Source: Rhynchobatus australiae (Eukaryota). Taken from it: a stretch of 64,000 bases of DNA. The stretch covers positions 32,145,045 to 32,209,044 of the forward strand of contig JAUZTB010000135.1 of the NCBI GenBank assembly GCA_034780895.1, given 5' to 3'. Position numbers and translations under genes: made by a program. Every line of letters starts with the position of its first letter. Positions within the stretch are counted from its first letter, which is position 1. The notes under the pieces were generated by a model. That model saw nothing but the letters and a program-made list of their open reading frames with translations. It made no database searches and had not been told where the DNA came from. Below, one piece after another: positions 11,101 to 23,100 of this stretch.

Positions 11101-14100
11101 TTGAGTGGTACAAGAAAATCTAATTTAAAAATTAACTATGAAATAGCCTAGCAGCTCACCACCACATTCAAAGGCAATTAGAATAGGCAATGAATGATGG
11201 CCTTTCCAAGAAAGCCCACATTCTGTGAATAGTAAAAAAAATGCCGATACCTATTCTCAGTACGAGCCCAATGAGCACTAAATGCTCCACATCTATTTTT
11301 AGACGGAATTGAAAGGGAATATGCAGAACTTGATGTTCTTCATGATCAACACAAGTGCAATGAAACAAAATAAAAATTCAGATTATAAATAACCTAGTTA
11401 CTCTTTCAGGAATTTATGAACAGTACTGAGCAGCTAATAAATTACTTAAGTCCTCCTGTTGTTACCAGTGACTGCACCTTATTGATTTTCCATAGCTTTC
11501 AATTTCACAAAATCACAAGAGATTGAGCTTGTTTGTTTCTAACACTATTGTCTTAGCAATAAGTATGTTTCATATGTACCTTCTTTGTCACCACTGCCCA
11601 AACCACGGGAGAACACAAGTACTTCACCCAAACCCAAGGAAAAAATACTGCCAAAAATAATTGCATAACTGTTGTATTTTCAGATAAACACAAACCTGCA
11701 GAATGATATGGTTTGTCCCTCTTTTCCCTGTGCTCACTTGTCTCTAGTTGTTGGTTTTTATGACAATGCCCATTATCCAGTTCATTTTCTTCCCATTTTG
11801 TCTCATTGGTAGAAAGCTTTCTCTTCTTGCATACGTTTTCACCAGCAGACACAAGTGCGTCAGGCTGCTCTTCAGTAATCTCTTCAGTTAATTTAATGAT
11901 GCCGCATCCATTATGGAAATGTTGCTTTTGAGTTTCTAGAAAGACATCTCTATTGCAGTCCATCTTATCTACTCTTGAATCATCAGGATTGTCTATTCCC
12001 TCAACATCTTCACTATCTGCATCCTCAGAAATGTTTTGTGACGGCCTCTTGCGTTTACATTTATATATACCACGGTGCCATCTACTTCGACGGTATTTTC
12101 TCTTTGAATGACCTACATTAATAAAGTATTGTGTTNNNNNNNNNNNNNNNNNNNNNNNNNNNNNNNNNNNNNNNNNNNNNNNNNNNNNNNNNNNNNNNNN
12201 NNNNNNNNNNNNNNNNNNNNNNNNNNNNNNNNNNNATTAATAAAGTATTGTGTTACTATGTACTAGAGTAGTAAACAGTAATAGCCTGGCTAATAACCAG
12301 ACATTTTATCATATACAGTTCATCCTCTATGGATGGACTGTCACTTTGATTTGATTCATAACAGTTTAATACAAATTTCATTCAGTGCTTTTTTTTTAAA
12401 AACAGCATTTAAAAATGATCAAGGCACTTAAATATTAGGAAAATATTAGGGAAGGGAATTTAAAAATGGGTAACCCAAGAAAATATTGAGAGGGGAAACA
12501 GATGTTTGGGAAGGGAATTCAAGGTTAGAGCCAAATACCAATGGTGAAATAATTAAATTCAAAGGTAAAATGATGAGCAAGGTAAAAGAATTGGAGGAAT
12601 TCAGGTAAAGGGCTTTGGGATGTGAAGAAATGACGCAGGTAGATTGAGATCTTGAAGGTACATGAAGTCCCCGGGTTACAAATGAGTTCCATTTTTGAAA
12701 CCGTTCTTTGTATGCAACTCGGAACAGTGTCCGCACATACACACTTGACCCAGGGTTGGGCCAAAGAAGGTGTACCACTGCTGTGGTAGGATCGGGGGCC
12801 GGGGCCACTTACGAACCGACCATGAAGGTCCATTCCTAAGTATGGACTTCCTGTATTTGAAAACAAAGCTGAGAAATTAAAATCAGGAGAGGGCTTAAGC
12901 ACATTTACTGGTTTAAATACACTTAAATTCCTACAGTTTTGGTGTGCAAATGAAAACATTTCTAATGTAACAACACTTACAGAACACAGATTGATTTGAA
13001 AAATTTATGAAAACTCCAGCAACACTCACCTAAAGTTGAAGGTGTGCTTGCAGATACTGGTGAGGGTAAGTCAATTCTTTGAGAGGAAAGCTCCAGATCT
13101 GGCTTTTTATCTACAGTGGAATTTTTTGGTAGCACATGATAAAATACAGGTGCAAATTTGGAAGAGTAACAGCCTACAACAACAATAAATAATACGTAAA
13201 CAATTGAATAACACGAAATTCAAAATTCATTTGCCCTTAAATGAGGGTTTAGCATCTCAAATTAATGTTGGCAAATATCTGGGACAGATAAAAATGTTAC
13301 TATTTCTGCCACAATTAGAGGGGACATTACTGCAGGAGCAGAGTATTTTAGACTTCCATTTTAATAATAGTTAAAGAAAACTATTATACCTCTGTTTTTT
13401 CGAGATTCTTGAGTTTCTTCACAGAGTTTTTCAAATTCTTCATCGAGTTCAGATTTCATAATCGCATAGGCAGTGTCTTTCAAAGCACAGGCTCTGTGTC
13501 TGATTAAACGATCTTAAGAGACAGTATTACATTATTCATTCTCTGGAATCATTAATAAGCTACATTTAAATGTCATTTTTGCTACAAGGAGAAAATCAAT
13601 AGAGTCTAATAAAACCTTATTGTTAAAATGACCTTTTGAACAAATTTATCTGCAAATGTAGTAAAACACTGCTTAATAGCTCCACTCAACTTACAACTGA
13701 AGCCCCACTACTACTAGAAAATAGCCAGAGTTCAGACACTTGTATCAGCCCCTACATCTGAGTCCAAAGCTCTCCATATTTTATAGAATAAACTGAGGTC
13801 AAAATTAACAGAGGTAACAAAGGGAGACTTGATACAACAATACAGGGTCATCAAAATGAAGTCATGCCATGTCATTGTGTTTTGGAATAGTATGTTAAAC
13901 AATTAGTCAGATGCTAGCAGGGAGGAGGGGGATGGACCTTGGTAGGTATGACCTCTGATCCCTGAAGCTCCCAGAACAGATCGACAAGTTGGTTAAGATG
14001 GCATATCTGATCCATTCCTTTATTGGCCAAGGTATAAATTACAAGTGTGTGGGGGGGGGGTTGGTGCTCATTGAAGATATTCAATGCAGACTTTGATATA

Positions 14101-17100
14101 ATTAAGCTTCAAGGGAGTCCAGAGGCACAGGGAAAGAAAGCAGGAGAGTGATGCAAAGGCTAAAATTGGATTAACCATGACTTTATTAAATGTCAGAGCA
14201 GGCTGAATGGGTTGCTGGCCTACTCCTATTTCTTATATTTCTCGTGAAAAAGGATTATGGCAATCATCCCTCTGATAAGCGAACAACTAGTGTCCTTGCC
14301 AGCAATACATGAAGCAGCTGTTCCCTAAAATCAAGTCCGCTTTATTTCAAGGACAAGCATTAAATACAGTTNNNNNNNNNNNNNNNNNNNNNNNNNNNNN
14401 NNNNNNNNNNNNNNNNNNNNNNNNNNNNNNNNNNNNNNNNNNNNNNNNNNNNNNNNNNNNNNNNNNNNNNNNNNNNNNNNNNNNNNNNNNNNNNNNNNNN
14501 NNNNNNNNNNNNNNNNNNNNNNNNNNNNNNNNNNNNNNNNNNNNNNNNNNNNNNNNNNNNNNNNNNNNNNNNNNNNNNNNNNNNNNNNNNNNNNNNNNNA
14601 ATGTCAAGCTACNNNNNNNNNNNNNNNNNNNNNNNNCATGTATTTGTGCAGATCAATGTTTGACATTATTGTCGAGAGATCCATTGGCTGCTTGATAACT
14701 GTGCAGTAATCTGGAACCTAATAGAAAAGCAGTTTATTTTGCTAGTTCTACAATATTCAAAGAAACATCTGCAGGCAAAGTGTTCTGATTTTATTCCAGG
14801 TTAAGCTGATTATATCAGAGTTGATTAAGCTAGTGACCAGGATGGTACCACCCTTAAATGCACCATAATAATGCATCTCCATTTCCTTTATCATCCAGGG
14901 ACCCAAATTCATTTCATTAATTTAAAAAAATAAATACCAATTTAATTTGTTACACTAGCATGCATGACCTTTCACCAGCAATTATTGTCAGTCATTGCCA
15001 TAGCAATGTCAGTAAACTAAGGTTGAAGTGGGCTGGAACAAACAGCAGACTTCTCAATTGGTTGCCTTTAAGTTGGCAGCCCCTCAACATACCATGAAAG
15101 CACTTAATTCCAACAAATGCTCAAATGACAAATTTGTTAATTTCACATAATAACAAATTAGTTTCTTAACTGGTCAACAGTTCCATGCAATCAGTTTGCT
15201 TGTAATACCATGAGGTGGCAGTGTCACCAGCATTTTCCAAATTCTTTTATACTCTAATGTTTAAAATAAACTCCAGAAAAATCCTTCATGGTAAATATGA
15301 AAGTTGCAAGTGCAGAAGCTTCCTCGAATGCTTGCATTGACTTTTGGCAAGCTGGTTTGCTGAATTTTACCAACTTCAGCAGTTGCTTCGTTTGCACTTG
15401 CACCCCATAAGGGATCTATTATGCCCATGTTAGGGGTGAAAGGAATGTTACATTTCTCACCTTAAGGTAATGCACTCATGTATTTTTGCAGTGCGGCAAT
15501 TAAACTTATTTATCCACTGTTTGTGGGGTTGTGACCTGTAAACTCACAGCTCAGTCTATCCGATTCCACCTTCAGCCCTGTCACTTCTGACATCAACGCC
15601 CCCCCNNNNNNNNNNNNNNNNNNNNNNNNNNNNNNNNNNNNNNNNNNNNNNNNNNNNNNNNNNNNNNNNNNNNNNNNNNNNNNNNNNNNNNNNNNNNNNN
15701 NNNNNCGCCCCCCCCCCCCCCCCCAATCTGGTTCAACCTATCACTTGCTAGCTCTTGCTCCACCCCTTCCCTCCACCTTTTTATACTGGCTATCTCCTCT
15801 TTCCAGTCCAGATTAAGGGCCTCGACCCAAATCATCGACCTTCCATCTCACTCCATAGGTGGTGCTTTGACCTGCTGAGTTCCTCTTGCGCTTTGTGTTG
15901 CCCATAGTCACAATTTTCATTCTCTTTCTACTTTGTCTACTAACCTCCAAGTTCCTTCAGGAGCTTCTTGCCACAGTCTAAACTCTTCTTTCCTTCACCC
16001 TTTAAAACCACCCCCTCATTCTATCTTCTCCATATTCTGATTCTAGGCCTACTTTACTTTTTTGTTCACCCCCAAAATCTCAACATTTTCTAAAATTTCC
16101 CCCTTCTGACCGCCAGCATTGATACCAGCCATGGTCCCCAGCTAATTTTTGTCATTTGGTTTCCATTTGGTCAACTTTGGGGATATGAACAGTACAAGAT
16201 GAATATGTATGCCAAAAACCAAAAAGTTTCAGCCTGTCCTGAATCCCCTCTGCATTGCCTCAGGAGATCTAATGGCATTTTGCTCCACTGTAAAATCTGA
16301 ACACTTATGGGGCAACATACTTCACAGAGGTCAACAGTATATACCTCCTCTACATCGACAGGCTTGGTGAAAGCTCTAAAGCGTTTGTCATTTGCCAGTC
16401 TGTGTGTCACATCTCGAAGGAAAAGCCTGAGCTCCCGTAAAGTGCCTTCCTCTTCCTCTTCGAGCCGCTTTACCTCCTCCTCAGAGAGACGCTGTGGTTC
16501 TGGTGGTGGTGCAATTGGAAGGACTTCCAAAGCCTGAAGAACTGGGGTGATTTTAAACTTCATTAACATTCACATCACTGCTGGAGGACAACAGTGCAAC
16601 CATGAAGCAGTGTGAAATGTTGCTTAATATTTGTACTTAAAAATGTAAAACAGTTTTAACAATGAAGGTGGGAGATCGGGTAGTAGTTTAAGGGCACGGG
16701 AATCAACAGCAGACTGAAGGTGGTGATGGTGGAAGAAAAATTATATTTTAGATAAACTGTGTTGTGTCTTTATATCTGGGTATCCCAAGATCATCACATT
16801 AAAACATACAAGATTCTGAAATGGATTGATAGGCTAGATGCCAATAGGATATTTCAACTAGTTGGGACATGGGGCAGACAGAGCTTTGATCTAGGGGATG
16901 GCAGAGAGTCAAGATCACAAGCCAAGCATTCAGGACTGAGATGAGAAATCACTATGCATGAAGATTGCAATGTCTTTGAATTCTCTATCTCAGAGGGTTG
17001 TGGATATTTAGTTCTTGAAAGCATTCAAGACTGATCAATAAACTTGTGAACATTAAGGGAATATGGCAATCAATGAAGTGGGAGATGCAAGGGGCACATG

Positions 17101-20100
17101 ATCAACTATGATCTTACTGACTGGCAGTGCAGACTTGAGGCCATAGGCATTACTCTTCCTCCCTGCAAAAGTAAAATTCTACAGAGTCTGCAATAAGAAA
17201 AAACAGAAAATGCTGGAAATACTCTGCTGTGTTGGTGGAAAGTGAAAGAGTTAACATTTCCAAAATTCAACACATTAATCTGAAATGGTGCTCTTACAGA
17301 TGCTATTTCCAGCATTTTCTATTGCCTATTACTTTACGTTATGAAAAGGAGTAAGTGATAGTTATTAAAGTCAAATGGTGCCTTGGGGTATTTTGCATTC
17401 TAGGAAGATTTTCTTTGTCAAATAAGAGCAAGGCCCAATTGGCTTTGTGGTCTAGCAATGGTCAGTTGAACAGTTGCGTGCCACATAATCTGCAAAACTA
17501 CAAATCCTTAACAGAGAGCAGAGACAGGTCACATCAAGGAAAGAACAGGAGCAAAGGTCAGAATGCAATTAAACAGATCAATTGATAAAGTATTCTAGTT
17601 AAACATAGCAAATTTATTCCAGAAGATATACAAGGGGAATTGGAAGGGAAAAAAGGATGGGGAAAGATAACCTTGTCAGGGAAATGGTGGGAATAGAACG
17701 GTGGTGCAAAATGGGGCCCTGATAATTGAGTAGATAGATTATATGTGGGTGGAAGATATTTTTTGGTGTGTGTGCGCGTGGTGCGTGCGCGGGGGGCGGG
17801 GTAGGGTTTGTTGGGATGGGGAAAAAAAAGCAGGACTGTAAGCCTACCAAGTTGAACTGAGTTTGAAATTACCACGGATGACAGATCACATTGTGGAAAC
17901 TGGAAGAAATGACTGAAGATACTTGGGTTAAAGCTATGACTCATATTATCCAAGTCTTTATAACACCCAAATACATAACCATGATTCCTTCAAATATAAA
18001 CCAACCTATCCCAATTCAATGGACCCACTTACTTTGAAGGTTACTATCCCCTTAAAATTCAACTAAAGGAATGGTTTAAGATCCCAGTTTGTAACAATTC
18101 TAAGATTATCTTCAACTTACTAGCTCTCCTCTTGGATGATGGGGGCTTTGCAGCCTGCTTCAGTATCAGGTCTTCAAAAAACTTCTTTCTTTCTTCATTG
18201 TTAGGAAGAGGAACATTGAAAACTTCTCCAGAATGACGAGCAAATAATTCTTTTACCTGAAAAGATAAAAGGGGATTAAAATAAGAATTAAAAAGTAAAC
18301 GTGTTTGGTCATGTTTTAAATGGCCAAAACAGTTAAGGTTGGAAGCTAAAAAAGAGGGCCATCTAATCTTCAAGGGTAATTATTTATTAGCATAACCTAC
18401 AAATACTGATTCCATCACATTCTTCTAACCTTAACTTTTGTTTTTCAGTGTTCAATAATTCCAATCAAAACATTACTAGGAAATTTTACTGTTCTTTTCT
18501 TGCAATCTTTCAATTACAAAGCAATCAGCAACATGAAAGTATTCTACCAATGCATGTGTTCAGAGGCTGTGAGGATGGTTGGAATACTGTAATAGTGATA
18601 AAGTTACATTTCTCCTCAAAGAACTAGTTGCCAGACATCAGAATTCAAGCCCCATTCAAAAATCACAATCTATATCAAACTAGTAATTAAATAATGAAAA
18701 GTGAATAGGATTTCCATTAAATGAAAATTTACCTCTTCTGCCAGCTCATTATGCGGAACATCACATGTTGCCAGTAGCAAGATTGGGGTAAATGAAGGAA
18801 TATCTTGAAGTAATGAAATGAACGTAGCTCTTAATGTGTCTCCAACTGATTCCCACCATTGATCAATGTGAGGAATGTACAATATACTTGGGGCTGTCTT
18901 TCGAGCTTCTCGGAACAACTAAATGGATCAAAATAATTGTGTAAAATTAAAGTACACATCCTGGATCCAAAATTACATTTATTACTAACATCACAAAATG
19001 ACATCTGTTCACAACTTATCAGAATCTGCTATCCTAACTACACCTCCAATCAGATGGAAGGATTAAACCAACAGTTCCATATTTGGATTAAGGTACAAAC
19101 AAATTACTGGAGTTTTACTTTACAAAGCCAATATCCAATACTAGATTCCACTTATAGAATTTGATCTGATGTTGTTCTACTGGGGTTTGCAGTCTGCAAC
19201 AGCTTTGCTGGACGGAAGGGAACCATAAACTTGAGTGTGGCCTTCTGTTTACATTTCTAGAACATTAAAAAGCAGGGATAGGAGCATCCTTGATCAACTG
19301 TTAGAAAGATCCTGATCAAGCAGAAATTGGAGAAATTCCAAATAAACCAGAAACAGCAGCATAACTTCCTTCTTTTGAAAAACGGATACTGTGAGATATT
19401 TAAATTTAAAGCTCTGGTAGATCCCTTGAAGGGAAAAAAAAATCACAATATTACAATGTGAGTGGCTGCTCTGGAATGCAAATGTGAAAGCAGATATCCA
19501 CAACCAGGCACATCAGCCACACCTGCAAGTTGTCAGTGTGCCAAGGGCACTTACTATCAAATGCTGCACTACTTCCACAGCCAGGGTAGAAGGGGGCAGC
19601 CAAAGCCACCATTTTCTGTTAAAAAACAAGGTGAAGTGAACATGGAGTTTCTCCACACAAAAATCATAGTGAGTATCTGGGGCTGAGGTATATTCAATGT
19701 GACACTTTAAGGGATATGGAGATTTGCTCTTATGGAGGTTGGAAACCACCAACCTATTTTTAAAATATTATATTGTAGGGAAAGTAATTGAAGCACACAC
19801 TTCAAAAGGGAATTCAGATCAGAATTTAAAGCTGATTCTCAAAAGCTGCTATTTCATACCAATTCTTCAACGTCTAGGTTGAGTGAGCTAGGACTTCTCT
19901 TTGGAGAGGAGGATGAGAGGTGACTTGATAGAGGTGTACAGTTTGATAAGAGGCATAGATCGAGTGGGCAGTCAGAGACTTTCTCCCAGGGTGACAATGG
20001 CTAATGCGAGGGGACATGATTTTAAGGTGATTGGAAGAACATATAAGGGGGATGTCAGGGGTAAGTTGTTGCTGTTGATTTTTTTGTACAGAGAGTGGTG

Positions 20101-23100
20101 GGTGCGTGGAACACACTACCAGCAGAGTTTGTGGGGCAGATACATTAGTGACATTTAAGAGGCTCTTAGATAGATACATGAATTGTGGGCCGAAGGACCT
20201 GTAGTGTTCTATGTTTTTCATTTCCTTCCCTCAACCCTCCCAAATTGAAATAAACCAGGACAAATTACAATTTAAAGGTTTAGACAAGGCCAACAAAAGA
20301 ATGGAGACATGCACTTTAAAATGTTTAACTTCACTCATTTCTTTCAATTGTATTTAATCGATCATGATATGATTTATACGTGCATTCAGCATCAAACTGG
20401 AAAAAATACCGTCTGTTTTCATAGTAAGTTAGATGTAAAGTGTGTGGCAGATGAAGGGTAAAGCTAGTGTGTAGATGTGAATAATGGAAGTTGTACAAAG
20501 CAATTTTTAAAGATGTGACCCAGAGAGGAAAGATCAGTGATGGCAATCCTTAAAAAAAAAAGCCTCTACAGAAAAGCATCCAATGACAGATCGATTGAGA
20601 AAGAAAAAACAAAATTATAAGTTGACTGCCTGCAAGACTGCCTTTCTGAAAATACTAATTTGTAACTTTAACTAATTGATCACCTCCTCACTGGAAGCAT
20701 GCAACCGAAGTAAGATGTTTAATTTGATCAATACAAGGTAATTCCACCAAAATACATTTCCATATCATAACTATATACAATCTTACCATTGCACAGGTTT
20801 CTTCAGGTGATGTGGTACTAACACCATATAACACTGGAAGATCTAGGGTATGCACTGCATACCTTTCCAAATTGTGAAGCAGGGCAGGGGCTAGATGAGA
20901 ACTCTGACCTGAACCCCGTACCCCTGCCAGTAGTAGCCTTGGTCTGTAAGAGGTTGGTTGGTGATAGGCACACCTAATGAAAGGACAGATATTCATGAAT
21001 GTTTCTTCAAAGACCAGCAGTATACAAACGCTTGAAATATTTATAGCAATACTTTAGCAAAAAAAAAGACAAACATTTCAAAAGGGTATTTAAAACCAAA
21101 GCTTGCAGATTTTTAATATGACAGTCAGGGAAAAGTTTAAATGTACTATAAAAACACATGGGTAATAGCAATACTGATGCAGGACCTTCTGTTAACATTT
21201 CCTTGGACCACTAAGTAATGAAGAGCAAGACCAAGAGCCCCAATGCTGTATGTTATCTAACAAACTTGTCACATCATTTAAGTTTACGTTAACTTATGTT
21301 TGTCACATTTATAATGTACTGTGCTGCCCCAAAAACCTAATTTTCATGGCATCTATACAGTGTATGTATGCCTATGACAACAATAAACTTTAACATCTTG
21401 GATCACAGAAACATAACACACTATTTGATGCTTTACTCAGTCTTCCATTACATACATGACAAGGCTAAGTGTAATTGTCTGGTAAAGAGGGATACAAAGA
21501 GGATATTTTGTCAAATTCTTAATTCCATTGAATTTTTTTTAATAAAAGTAGTAACTATCCATGTAAACTTGTCACTCTACATCCTTCTGATGCAGCATCT
21601 TCACTGAAAGATGCAATTATACCATGGCAATGAAGCACTTTGCTTGAAGAAAGAAAATGAATTTAGATAACACTTTCAAGTCACCAAGACATTACAAAGT
21701 GCTTCACAAAAAAAAGAATTACTTTTAGCTGAGGAGACCTGATAAAAGTATACACAATTATAAGAGGCAAAGATGGGTAGATAGTCAAAATCTTTTCCCC
21801 ATGGCAGGGTTACCAACAATGAGGGGGGCATAGGTTTAAGGTGAGACAAAGGAGTTTAAAGGGGGATTTGAGGGGAAAGGTAGGGTGTGTGCACACACAG
21901 AGTGCATATCTAGAACAATGCCAGATGAGGTAATGGAATCAGATACAATCACCATGTTTGTTTAAGGGGCATTTGGAGATACTTAAAAAGGAAAAGAATA
22001 GGATATGTTTCTAATGGAAGCACATGGTATTAGTTTAGATGGGCAAAAAAAAGGTTGGCATTCACAATGCACCAAAAGGTTCCTTTCTGTTTTGTACAAC
22101 TTTAGAAATGTAGTAATTTGTTTTTATAGGAAACAGGAAACTTGTACACAAAAAGGTACCACAAACACTAAAAAGGGAAGCACTGAGTTAATCCATTCCT
22201 ATTAATCCTGAGATAAATGCTAGCTAGAACACCAAGAGAACAGCACCATTTTTCCTTGAATATAGCCATGGTACCTTTTATATCTCAAAGCAGAAAAAAA
22301 AACACTAACTACATCTGAAAGAGAGCAATTCTGACAAAACAATACTGTACGAAGTTCTGGAATTGTAAAGACATGGGAAATTATAATTGAAGTTGCTCAC
22401 AAAATGCATGCTTCATTTAAAATAAAAGGCAAAATGAACAAAATGAGAAAAATCCAAAGTTTACCATTAAAACATTAACAAAACATCAGTTACAGCTTTA
22501 AATGCTAAACCTACTTTCACAGTTGTATTAACCTTGTATCCTTTTACTATGTTACTCACTTTCTTACTAATTACCTTAAAATTACTGAAGCCAGTGGGGG
22601 AATGTGACCTCCTCCTAGGATAATTGTCAGCACATTTGAACCAACTCCAGATGGATCTCCCAATTTCAAATCAAGTATCATGCCCAGAAAACCCACTTTG
22701 TAACATTCATCATTTTCACATTGAATTCCTATGGGCATACAGATCTTCTGTAGAGTATAGAAAAGACCTTCCTACCTGATGTAACTGAGGAAAGATCCAC
22801 CATGGCCATTTTTGCTAGACGATTTTTGATGTGGTCCATTTTCAAAAACGGATGGACCTTCATCATCACTATAGATACCATCATTAAGTATGTGGCTTAT
22901 TCCATCTGTTTAAGGAGAATTGGAACAGTTACACATTCTCTCCTCTTCTCACATCAACCCACCAAATCTGCAACGGATATAAAGAACTGAAAGAGTACAT
23001 TATATAGCAAACAGTCAAGAAATTTTTTGTTAAAACAGATCCTTGACCTTGTAGTTTTAAGTAAAAATTAAGATTCATTGATAATGACTTTAGATAATGG

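Noticed and set aside
20787-20973. Degenerate Walker A in the second ATPase domain (GVRGSGQS)
   Set aside because: An inactive AAA2 is a known feature of the ATAD2/Yta7 family, not a lesion.
22575-22747. AG/GT-bounded 173-nt segment open in one frame just after exon 17
   Set aside because: Acceptor is only 28 nt from the exon 17 donor, too short for an intron. The open frame is incompatible with the flanking phases; the phase-compatible frames hit stops.
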